A stretch of 64,000 nucleotides of DNA from an uncultured Oscillospiraceae bacterium (lineage in GTDB: Bacteria; Bacillota; Clostridia; Oscillospirales; Oscillospiraceae). Positions 24,726 through 32,728 of this stretch are shown here, piece after piece. The stretch spans positions 10,668-74,667 of the forward strand of contig CAYLKH010000001.1 of the NCBI GenBank assembly GCA_964384255.1. The letters are read 5' to 3'. A program made the position numbers and the translations under genes. The number at the start of each line of letters is the position of its first letter. Position 1 is the stretch's first letter. The notes beneath the pieces are model-generated. The model was given only the letters and a program-made list of their open reading frames with translations. It did not search any database and was not told the origin of the DNA.

Positions 24726-25058
24726 TTACTGCATCGGTATGGCTGCCCAGAAAACAAGATCCTCGTCGCCGTCATTAATAAGACTGTGACTGTGACCTTT
24801 GGGGCAGTAATGGCAGCAGCCGGCGAAGATGCGCTCTTCACCATCGTCATAAAGGGCCTTACCGCTGCCGCTGAGGACGAACACGATCTCGCAGTTAACA
24901 TCGTGGGTATGCATACCTATGGACGCGCCGGGAACAAGGCGGCCGTGCATTATGCGGTTGCCCCCGTCGTCAAGAAACATTTTTGCCATGGTTTCCTTTT
25001 CGCCGCCCTTGAACTGGGGAAAGGCTTCCTCGTTCATTTTGCTGAAATCAATAACCAT
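24726..25058 (-). CDS. Cupin-domain protein
   Basis: 110 aa with GASIGMHTHDVNCEIVFVLSG...CPKGHSHSLIN, the two cupin His-containing motifs. Confidence 0.75.
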   Translation of the reverse strand: MVIDFSKMNEEAFPQFKGGEKETMAKMFLDDGGNRIMHGRLVPGASIGMHTHDVNCEIVFVLSGSGKALYDDGEERIFAGCCHYCPKGHSHSLINDGDEDLVFWAAIPMQ

Positions 25059-25081
25059 TTTTCTTCTCCTTTTAGCCTCTT

Positions 25082-25837
25082 TTACTCCTTGACAGCCTGA
25101 AGACCTTCGGTAACGTCGGTCACGTGCATGGTGATACTTATGGTGTCGCCGTCAACGCTGCCCACAAAGCGGAACAGGGAACCCTGGGCGGTAACGGTAT
25201 GCAGTTCAAAGGAACAGCCGTCCTTTTTACCGAAGGAAAAAACATTTACGTCGGTTTTGTCGCCAACCTTCATGGGCGGCATGGGAGGCATACCACCGGG
25301 ACCACCGGAACCACCGGGACCGCCAGGACCGCCAGGACCACCGGGACCACCAGGGCCACCAGGGCCACCGGGACCACCAGGACCGCCGGACATTTCGCCC
25401 ATCATCTGAGCCATCTGAGCCATAGACTCCTCGGTCACCAGACCGAACATTTCGCCGCTGAGCTCATCGCCGTTTTCCTCAATGACCAGATGGTTTTCTT
25501 TAACTCCGCCGGGAGAGTAGACACCCACGAGATATTCGCCCTGAACCTGACCGGAAACGCCGGATATCCTTTTTCCGGGTTGAAGCACAATAGTCTCGTT
25601 GGTGGTAAGGGTCAGGTTGGACAGGCTGCCGGAAAAGGTATATTCTGTCCGGCCGACCATAGCCTTGAAGGAAAGCTCGCCGCCGGAGGAGGAGCCGTCG
25701 AATATCTCCAGCTGAGCGCTGGGGTCATAGGGGTTTGAAACAAAGCCGGTGACAACGCCGGAGGTTTCCTCAAGCGTCAGCACGCAGTCCCGTTTTCCAC
25801 CGGGCAGTGACAGAGAAACAGTGTATTTGTCTGACAT
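25082..25837 (-). CDS. Small beta-rich protein split by a (GGP)n / Met-rich cassette, function unknown
   Basis: 251 aa with no signal peptide. ...[49 protein letters not shown]... is inserted between two beta-strand-rich segments. AAGGAA RBS. Confidence 0.7.
   Translation of the reverse strand: [251 protein letters not shown]
25271..25393. repeat. Tandem 9-nt (GGP-coding) repeat tract
   Basis: (GGN CCN CCN)-type units on the + strand, about 8 consecutive GGP codon triplets plus Met-rich flanks. Confidence 0.85.
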
Positions 25838-25886
25838 TCATAATCATTCCTTTTCAATATTTCGTTATATTTTGGGAGAGATATTG

Positions 25887-26456
25887 CTAAATAGCAATGA
25901 TCCCCAGATGCTCTAAAAGGATCTTCAGGCCAATAAGACATAGTACGGTGCCGCCCAGCAGCCCTGCTTTTTTCTGAAAACGGGAGCCAAAGCGGAAGCC
26001 TATTGCGACCCCGGCCAGAGAAAGCAGGAAGGTGACGACCCCGATAATGGCGGCAGAAACGGCGATGGATACCCGCAGGAAGGCAAAGGTTATGCCCACT
26101 GCCAGCGCGTCGATACTGGTAGCGATAGCCATCATCAGAAGCTCCCTGTGGTCAAGCCGGAACTCCCCCGGGTCTTCGTCGCTCTCGTGAAGAGTTTCGT
26201 AAATCATCTTGCCGCCAATGATGACAAGCAGACCAAAGGCTATCCAGTGGTCGATAGTTGTTATGTAAACCTCGAACTGCTTGCCCAGCAGCCATCCTAT
26301 AAAGGGCATAAGGGCCTGAAACCCGCCGAAATAAAGGGCGATGATCGCTCCGTGGCGCAGGCTGAGTTTTTTCATGCTCAGCCCCTTGCACATGGCGATG
26401 GCGCAGGCATCCATGCTCAGGCTGATACCGATAAGTATAAGCTCTATAAGTGACAT
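25887..26456 (-). CDS. mntP: Manganese efflux pump MntP
   Basis: MSLIELILIGISLSMDACAIAMCKG and the second half IATSIDALAVGITFA, the duplicated DUF204 motifs of MntP. Start taken at ATG 26456. Confidence 0.85.
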   Translation of the reverse strand: MSLIELILIGISLSMDACAIAMCKGLSMKKLSLRHGAIIALYFGGFQALMPFIGWLLGKQFEVYITTIDHWIAFGLLVIIGGKMIYETLHESDEDPGEFRLDHRELLMMAIATSIDALAVGITFAFLRVSIAVSAAIIGVVTFLLSLAGVAIGFRFGSRFQKKAGLLGGTVLCLIGLKILLEHLGIIAI

Positions 26457-26470
26457 TTTATCATCTCCAG

Positions 26471-27241
26471 TTAAAACTCGATGGGCGAACCCATTTCCGG
26501 CGGGGATACGTGGATACTTACTCCGTCGATATTTCCCAGGGCTTCCATGGCAGAGCTGTGGGCCAGCTGGGGGGTGTTGTTTTCTTTTGACAGATGGGCC
26601 AGAATAAAGGCAGAGGTCCCCCGCTGAGCCAGCCACAGGGCGGCTTCGGCCGCTGCCGTATTGGAAAGGTGGCCCCGGTCAGACATGATGCGCTGCTTGA
26701 GGTGGTAGGGATAAGGCCCGGCCAGCAGCCGGGGAATATCGTGATTGAACTCGATAACGATCGCCCGAACGCCCTCCATGCCCTTGAGAATATTTGGAGG
26801 GACATAGCCCAGGTCGGTCATTACCCCCAGATCGCCCTGAGAACAGCTTATCCGATAGCACACGCTGCCGTCGCTGTCGTGAGGGGTCGAAAACGAGGTG
26901 ACGCCAAATCCCTTGAGGTTGAAGGAGGAGCCTTCTTCAAAAACGATCAGATTACGCCGGGCTTCGGGACAGCAGCAGGTTATGCCCTGGGCTGTTGCCC
27001 GGGTACAGAGGATGGGAACGGCCCATTTTTTTGACAGGGTGTTAAGCCCGGAGATATGGTCGGTGTGGCTGTGGGTGATAAGAATTCCGGAAAGGTCGCC
27101 TACGGTCAGACCCAGCTGAGCCAGGGCAGCGGAAGTCTTTTTAAGGGATATTCCCATATCCACAAGGATATGCCTGCCGCAGTCAGACAGAAGGACGCTG
27201 TTGCCGCTGCTGCCGCTGGCAAGAGTACAGACCCTGGCCAT
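26471..27241 (-). CDS. MBL-fold metallo-hydrolase
   Basis: MARVCTLASGSSGNSVLL...ILITHSHTDHISGL (HxHxDH). The start overlaps the upstream stop by 1 nt. Confidence 0.8.
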   Translation of the reverse strand: MARVCTLASGSSGNSVLLSDCGRHILVDMGISLKKTSAALAQLGLTVGDLSGILITHSHTDHISGLNTLSKKWAVPILCTRATAQGITCCCPEARRNLIVFEEGSSFNLKGFGVTSFSTPHDSDGSVCYRISCSQGDLGVMTDLGYVPPNILKGMEGVRAIVIEFNHDIPRLLAGPYPYHLKQRIMSDRGHLSNTAAAEAALWLAQRGTSAFILAHLSKENNTPQLAHSSAMEALGNIDGVSIHVSPPEMGSPIEF

Positions 27242-27954
27242 CAGCTGCGGGACGCGGCATCCACCAGAAGGTGGAATATGGCCCTTGCGTGGTGATATTC
27301 CGGCCAGAGAAATTCCGGGTGCCACTGGACACCGAAATAGCATCCGGCAGTTTTGTGTTCAAGGGCTTCTACCAGACCGTCGGCTGAACGGGCCGCAACG
27401 GCAAAGCACTCAGGCACGTCCTTCACCGCCTGATGGTGCATGCTGTTGACCATTATGGAGCTTTCACCAATGGCGCTGTGAAGCCCGGTGCCGGGGACCA
27501 GCTCCACGCTGTGGAACGGTCTGGTGAACTCCATCTTTTCCATCTGGGCATGATCTACAGCCGTCCCAAACTGAGAGGGAAGATCCTGATACATGGTCCC
27601 GCCGCAGGCAACATTCATCATCTGTATCCCGCGGCAGATGCCGAGACAGGGCTTGTCCAGCTCCAGCAGCCGCCTGAGCATAAACAGCTCCTGAGTGTCC
27701 CGTCGGGGCGCCTGATAGGAGCATTGGGGTATTTTCTCTTCGCCATAAAGGGCAGGCTCCACGTCCTGGCCGCCGGTAAACAGATATCCGTCAAACTGGT
27801 GGCAAAGAAGCTCCAGCTCGTTTTCGTCGTCCAGCAGGGGGAGCAGATAGGGTATACCTCCGGCGGCGACGATACCGTCGAAGTAATAATGGTTGATCCA
27901 GAGGTTTTCGTCCCCCTGGTGAAATAGCGGCAGAACACCGATGCGTGGTTTCAT
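27241..27954 (-). CDS. Class I glutamine amidotransferase, peptidase C26 (gamma-glutamyl-GABA hydrolase-like)
   Basis: MKPRIGVLPL..., LGICRGIQMMNVACGG (nucleophile Cys), SMHHQAV. Start taken at ATG 27954. Confidence 0.85.
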   Translation of the reverse strand: MKPRIGVLPLFHQGDENLWINHYYFDGIVAAGGIPYLLPLLDDENELELLCHQFDGYLFTGGQDVEPALYGEEKIPQCSYQAPRRDTQELFMLRRLLELDKPCLGICRGIQMMNVACGGTMYQDLPSQFGTAVDHAQMEKMEFTRPFHSVELVPGTGLHSAIGESSIMVNSMHHQAVKDVPECFAVAARSADGLVEALEHKTAGCYFGVQWHPEFLWPEYHHARAIFHLLVDAASRS

Positions 27955-28027
27955 TTTGTTTCTCTTTTCTTTACGTATTTGGGGACAGGTGAGTTGGTGC
28001 GTAGATGGAAAGATATTGAAAATCATG

Positions 28028-28248
28028 GTCAGAGGGTCAGGGATCAGGGGCCGTAATTGTAAGCAATTGCGAAATATTTGAGGTTTTCAGTAGAACTGTC
28101 GTTGTGAAGCGGCAAAGCCGACGTGGCAATCTCACCCCTTGCGTGATTGCACGCGGTAGTTAAACGCATAGCTTTGCAGCTACGGACACTTAATTACCAA
28201 TCCCTAATTTCTAACCCCTGATTCTATCTGTTATCTGTATATCTGACC
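28028..28248. repeat. TTAGGG-arm inverted-repeat element, copy F
   Basis: Left arm GGTCAGAGGGTCAGGGATCAGGGG, right arm CCAATCCCTAATTTCTAACCCCTGATTCTATCTGTTATCTGTATATCTGACC. Core AGCCGACGTGGCAATCTCACCCCTTGCG (28116-28143). Abuts the stop codon at 28249. Confidence 0.7.
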
Positions 28249-29055
28249 TCAGGCATCCCGCGGCACGGTGTCGCGAACAAGGATAATGTGATCTGACACA
28301 GTGGCGGAGATGGTTTTGCTCTGGCCCACAGGGTCGCCGTCGTAGGTGTAGCGGTCAACGGCGCAGTCGGAATAATCCCGGCCATGGGCGATCTTGAGAT
28401 AACCGTCCTCTATCCGGGTGTTAAGGGTGGGGTCAAAAGCTATCCATTTGTTGTCCACATAGACCTCGGCCCAGACATGGGCTCTGGAAACCCCCTTGGC
28501 CAGACCGATAACGTACCTGGCCGGGATCCCGGACATGCGGCAGAAGGTGATGAATACCTGAACGTAGTCCCGGCTGACACCCCGGGCAGAGCGGAATGCT
28601 TCGGCTGCGGTGGTGGAGACGGCGGTTTCGCCGGGGGCATAGGTCATCATATTGTGGACAGTTTCCATCAGGCACTGGACCCGGGCATAAGGAACGGCGG
28701 GCAGCTGAAGATCCATCAAAAAGCGTTGCATTTCGCTGCTGGGGTTGGTAAAGCGGGAAGGATAAAGGAAGATGCGGTCCAGCTCTTCGTGGATCATATA
28801 TTTGCTGCAAAGCACGAATCCGGAGGCGGTGAAGCTGAAAGAGGTGTGATTTTTGTCGATACTGCCGCTGTAGGTCAGGTTGCCATAGCTGTCATATGCG
28901 GTGCTGACAGCGGCCTTGGGAGAAAGGGACAGAGTATGGCCATAGGTACGCTGGAATGGATAGGTGCCGGGCATACAGCGAAGCAGAAAATGGTGGCGCT
29001 TAACGGGGGCATCGAACACCCAGTTACAGCTGAAACTGAATTCATATTTTTTCAT
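28249..29055 (-). CDS. Transglutaminase-like (papain-fold) protein with Ser in place of the catalytic Cys
   Basis: RGVSRDYVQVFITFCRMSGIPARYVIG...AHVWAEVYVDNKWIAFDPT aligns to the usual GVCRDFA...GIPARYV...HAW.E.Y...W..FDPT core. AGGAGGG RBS. Confidence 0.8.
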   Translation of the reverse strand: MKKYEFSFSCNWVFDAPVKRHHFLLRCMPGTYPFQRTYGHTLSLSPKAAVSTAYDSYGNLTYSGSIDKNHTSFSFTASGFVLCSKYMIHEELDRIFLYPSRFTNPSSEMQRFLMDLQLPAVPYARVQCLMETVHNMMTYAPGETAVSTTAAEAFRSARGVSRDYVQVFITFCRMSGIPARYVIGLAKGVSRAHVWAEVYVDNKWIAFDPTLNTRIEDGYLKIAHGRDYSDCAVDRYTYDGDPVGQSKTISATVSDHIILVRDTVPRDA

Positions 29056-29066
29056 TTTGCGCCCTC

Positions 29067-30407
29067 CTATCTGGACATTATCCAGGTGTCTTTATACCCG
29101 CTGTGGCGGGATCCGTCGGCAGCGGTGTGGCTGAATTTGGTCAGACCGCCCATCCAGACCCGTATGCTGTCACAGTGGATAACAAAGGCGCGGTAATCGG
29201 CCTTGCAGGTAACTATCCGGGTACCGTCGGCAGATAAGGCATCCATAGGAGCCAGATCGACAATATCCTGGGCAACATATCGGCGGGGTTCGGCGGCAAG
29301 CCGTGCCTTAAGGTCGCTGAGCTGGGATCTGGTAAGGCCGGAACCCATAATGGAGGTAACTGCCTTGGGACCGTTGACGTGCTTGACTATGAGCCGGTCG
29401 AGATTGTCGAAAATGTATTTGCGCTCGTCCTCGCGATAGGGCAGATAGGTGGGAGTGTTCTCCAGCAGAGGCTCTTCGCCGAGATAATAGCGTATAGCGT
29501 CGGGAATATAGCAGAACAGGCCCTTGTCATCGGCAACGCCCGAGCCGGGAGCGTTAATGATCGCGACCTTGCCCTTGCGATAGCATTCCATCAGGTGGGC
29601 AACGCCGGTTTTGGAGTTTACATCAAAGGCCAGAGGGTCGAGACTGTTGTCAGAAATGTGGCGGTGGATGACCGCGACCTTCTGGAATCCGCCGCCTTCG
29701 GCAGGCCGATAATAGACAGTATCGTCCATGACCGTCAGCTCTTTGGATGTGGCGCAGACAGCGCCGGTCAGCTCGGCCAGATAATTCAGCTCAAAGTGGG
29801 AAAAGCTGCCTTCCCCGGGAGAGAGGATGACCGTGATCCCGTCCTTATTGTCCATTCCGTTGGTGACATCGCGGTAAAGCCGGTTCAGCAGAATGTTGTA
29901 GCCGTTGTTGTCGCACAGATTATCCTCGGGATAAAGGTCGGGGCTTACAGATCGGGAAAGCTTTCGGGCAAATATGGGATAGGCGGCGCCGGAAGGAAGA
30001 GCAAGATGATCCTCCATAACGTACCATTTGCCGTCAGCCGCACAGGCCAGGTCAACGGCGGTGATATGGTTATAAAGGCTCTTGACAGGGGTGAAACCAA
30101 CGCAGGGGATATGAAAATCAGAAGAGGAATAGACAAAATCCTCGGGGATGACCCCGTCCTTGATTATCATCCTTTTGCCGTAAAGGTCGTTCAAAAGCAG
30201 GTTGATGGCGTTAACCCGCTGCATCAGGCCCCGTTCAAGACGGGTAAAACGGTCGCCGGGGATCACGTGGGGGATGGGGTCAAAGGGGGAAGACAGGATC
30301 TCGGTCTTTCCGTGACGAAGCAGGGCAAAGCCGGCATTGTTTTTGTCCATCCATGAATTGACCCTGTCCCGGGATCGAACCAGGCTTTGCATATTGGTGG
30401 TGTCCAT
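29067..30407 (-). CDS. Circularly permuted type-2 ATP-grasp protein (COG2308 family)
   Basis: PFDPIPHVIPGDRFTRLERGLMQRVNAINLLLNDLYG...VIHRHISDNSLDPLAF... matches the family as I recall it. ATG 30407 follows AAGGAGG by 7 nt; the ORF track TTG is at 30425. Confidence 0.78.
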   Translation of the reverse strand: MDTTNMQSLVRSRDRVNSWMDKNNAGFALLRHGKTEILSSPFDPIPHVIPGDRFTRLERGLMQRVNAINLLLNDLYGKRMIIKDGVIPEDFVYSSSDFHIPCVGFTPVKSLYNHITAVDLACAADGKWYVMEDHLALPSGAAYPIFARKLSRSVSPDLYPEDNLCDNNGYNILLNRLYRDVTNGMDNKDGITVILSPGEGSFSHFELNYLAELTGAVCATSKELTVMDDTVYYRPAEGGGFQKVAVIHRHISDNSLDPLAFDVNSKTGVAHLMECYRKGKVAIINAPGSGVADDKGLFCYIPDAIRYYLGEEPLLENTPTYLPYREDERKYIFDNLDRLIVKHVNGPKAVTSIMGSGLTRSQLSDLKARLAAEPRRYVAQDIVDLAPMDALSADGTRIVTCKADYRAFVIHCDSIRVWMGGLTKFSHTAADGSRHSGYKDTWIMSR

Positions 30408-30436
30408 AAGCGTTTCCTCCTTCAAAAAAAGTGCGG

Positions 30437-32716
30437 TCAGTCGATCAGCGCCGAAACGGCCCGGACATACAGCTGGTTGCTGTCGCTGAGCTGGACCGGT
30501 GTCATCAGGCTGCTGCCGGCTTCGATAAATGCGTCGTATAGCTCTATTATCCTTTCGGCCTGACTGGCCTCGAGAACGGTAACAGGCAGATAGTTCGATA
30601 TGATGTCAAAATAATCGTTCCATGTCTGGCTGTCCGACCTGTTGCCCATGGCGCCAAATATGGCGCAGTCAAAGGCGCTGTCGTACATCTGCTTTTCCAG
30701 ATAATATTGCAGCAATATGCTGCTTATGGAGTTGGAACGGACGGTCGAAAGCTCCTGGGCATACTGCCGGGCCTGATCGTCATAAGCGCCGGAGTCTGAC
30801 CCCAGGCTGTTGTAAACATAAGAGATCTTGTAATCGTTGTATTCAAAGGGGTCCGCTGACGCAGCTCTGCTCAGCGCGTGCATAAAGGAGCTGTAGCTGT
30901 ATTGCGAGCGGTCTACCATATCTGCGGCCCACAGGTTGAGGCACACAAGGACGGTAAAAACTGCGTATATCCCGCCACAGCTCCATCCGAATACCTTTGA
31001 CGCGGCTCCGGAGCATGGCCTGTCCCCGGCCCCGGCCATGGCAAACACGCCAAAGGCAAAGGGAAGATACACGGACATACTCATGGAAACCTCCATAACA
31101 CTGTGTCCGATTATCATGAACAGGCAGGCTCCAAGGGCGGCTGACTGGGGTCCGGGATGCCTGACAAGGCTGACGATCAACAGAACAAGAACAGCCAGAT
31201 AGGCGGCCAGCCCCAAAGCTCCGCAGTCGGTCAGCAGCTGGATATAGTGGTTGTGGACATATCTGGTTTCGTAATAATATGACTGGACCGAGCAGGCAGC
31301 GCTTTCGAAGCTGCCATAGCCGTTGCCCAGAACGGGGCTTTGCAAAAACAGCTTAAGCCCGTCTTTAAAAAACACAGTTCGCTGGACAGCGTTCTGGCTT
31401 TTGAATATTCCCTGAAGCCGGTTGGCAATAAAGTCGGGCAGCAGCTTGTGATCCAGCTTGACACTGATGCTGCCGTCGACAACTACGCTTTCCAGCACAG
31501 AACCCTCCCTGGCCCACAGGACAAAATGCTGGACCTGAGAACCTTCGGGAACGGTGAACCGGATGGTCTGCCCGTCCTCCATCCAGCAGGAAAGGCAGGA
31601 CGATCTGGTGGCGGTCATTATTTCTCCGTCGGTCTGGCTGTAAACATTCAGCCCCAAAACGTCGCTGCAAGCTATGGTGACACTGTGCTCTCCCGGCGCG
31701 AGATACAGGCTCCGGCTGAAAGAACCGGTCTGGTCATAGCAATAAGCGCCGGATATGGAAAGGGCGGAGACGATGTATACGGCGGCGGCGGCCAGAGCAG
31801 CTCCCAGAATTATCAGGCTCCGGCGGCTGCTGGCAAAGAATGTAAGCAGCCTGCTGTGAAACAGCCGGAAAATGAGCAGGCTAAAACCGGCGGCTAAAAG
31901 CATCAGCAGAACAGGCACGGGAGAGGAGCCATTGTTGAAAAAAGGAAAAGCGCCAAAAGCAAAAACCGCCGCCGGCATAAAGAATTCGAGCATGGTCAGC
32001 AGCACGCTGCCCCGGTCTTTGCCGCTGAGCAGCAGATAAATCAGACAGGACAGGGCGAAAAACGCTGTTGCGCCGAGACTGAATGCAAGAACGAAGCAAA
32101 AGGTGCTGAAGCTCAGGGCCACGGCGCAGGGGCCAGCAAGGCTGCTTTCGCCGGAGGATATAAGGTGGATCGACAGAAGGATGCCTATAGCCAGAGCCGA
32201 AGCAAGAACATTGGGGTTTCCGAAAACGCCGGTGAGCCGCGTACCTTCCTCAAAACCGGTGCTGGTTGCGGTAAGACCGGTCAGGACGTTGAACAGTGGG
32301 CGAAGACAGGCGGTGCAGCCCAGCTCAACGCTGAAAAAGGCGAATACAGCTGCCATTATGCTGAGTATAAAGGCGCAGCGCGTTATTGCCCGCTTTCTGT
32401 CGCCGCTGGAAATAACGGCCAGAAATACGCAAAAGGCCATCAAAAGTTTTGAAAACTCTTTGAGAAAGAATTTACCGCTGATGGCGCTCAGCCCGGAAAG
32501 GGCAGAAACTGCCAGAAAAATCCCCATCGCCGCCGCTGCCGGAGAAAGCAGCAGCCTGCCCCGGCGGAGGATACATAAAGCAACAGCGGCCAGACAGAGG
32601 ACAAAAACCATCGCCCTGTAATGAACGCCGTAAAACATCAGGCATAGAAGGGCCAGCATTATGGCGCACAAAACCAGCAGCGGAGCAGCCGCCTCAGTCT
32701 TTTTTGTGCCGGTCAT
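30437..32716 (-). CDS. Wzy_C-domain polytopic membrane protein (O-antigen ligase / O-oligosaccharyltransferase-like) with a large external loop and a C-terminal helical-repeat domain
   Basis: 759 aa, more than 10 TM helices, VHNHYIQLLTDCGALGLAAYLAVLVLL (Wzy_C-type motif), and a ~170-aa soluble helical tail. AAGGAGG RBS. Confidence 0.72.
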   Translation of the reverse strand: MTGTKKTEAAAPLLVLCAIMLALLCLMFYGVHYRAMVFVLCLAAVALCILRRGRLLLSPAAAAMGIFLAVSALSGLSAISGKFFLKEFSKLLMAFCVFLAVISSGDRKRAITRCAFILSIMAAVFAFFSVELGCTACLRPLFNVLTGLTATSTGFEEGTRLTGVFGNPNVLASALAIGILLSIHLISSGESSLAGPCAVALSFSTFCFVLAFSLGATAFFALSCLIYLLLSGKDRGSVLLTMLEFFMPAAVFAFGAFPFFNNGSSPVPVLLMLLAAGFSLLIFRLFHSRLLTFFASSRRSLIILGAALAAAAVYIVSALSISGAYCYDQTGSFSRSLYLAPGEHSVTIACSDVLGLNVYSQTDGEIMTATRSSCLSCWMEDGQTIRFTVPEGSQVQHFVLWAREGSVLESVVVDGSISVKLDHKLLPDFIANRLQGIFKSQNAVQRTVFFKDGLKLFLQSPVLGNGYGSFESAACSVQSYYYETRYVHNHYIQLLTDCGALGLAAYLAVLVLLIVSLVRHPGPQSAALGACLFMIIGHSVMEVSMSMSVYLPFAFGVFAMAGAGDRPCSGAASKVFGWSCGGIYAVFTVLVCLNLWAADMVDRSQYSYSSFMHALSRAASADPFEYNDYKISYVYNSLGSDSGAYDDQARQYAQELSTVRSNSISSILLQYYLEKQMYDSAFDCAIFGAMGNRSDSQTWNDYFDIISNYLPVTVLEASQAERIIELYDAFIEAGSSLMTPVQLSDSNQLYVRAVSALID

Positions 32717-32728
32717 GCCAAAGCCTCC

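Noticed and set aside
25128-25409. Collagen-like (PPG)n ORFs on the strand opposite the GGP cassettes (also 49622..49969 and 61413..61676).
   Set aside because: They are the reverse-complement reading of the (GGP)n tracts. They have no RBS or plausible start context, and the flanking sequence translates to nonsense, whereas the sense-strand genes are continuous, homologous to one another and RBS-preceded.
26457-26470. A yybP-ykoY manganese riboswitch upstream of mntP.
   Set aside because: Only 14 nt separate mntP from the preceding MBL hydrolase gene, so there is no room for a leader. mntP appears to be an internal operon gene.
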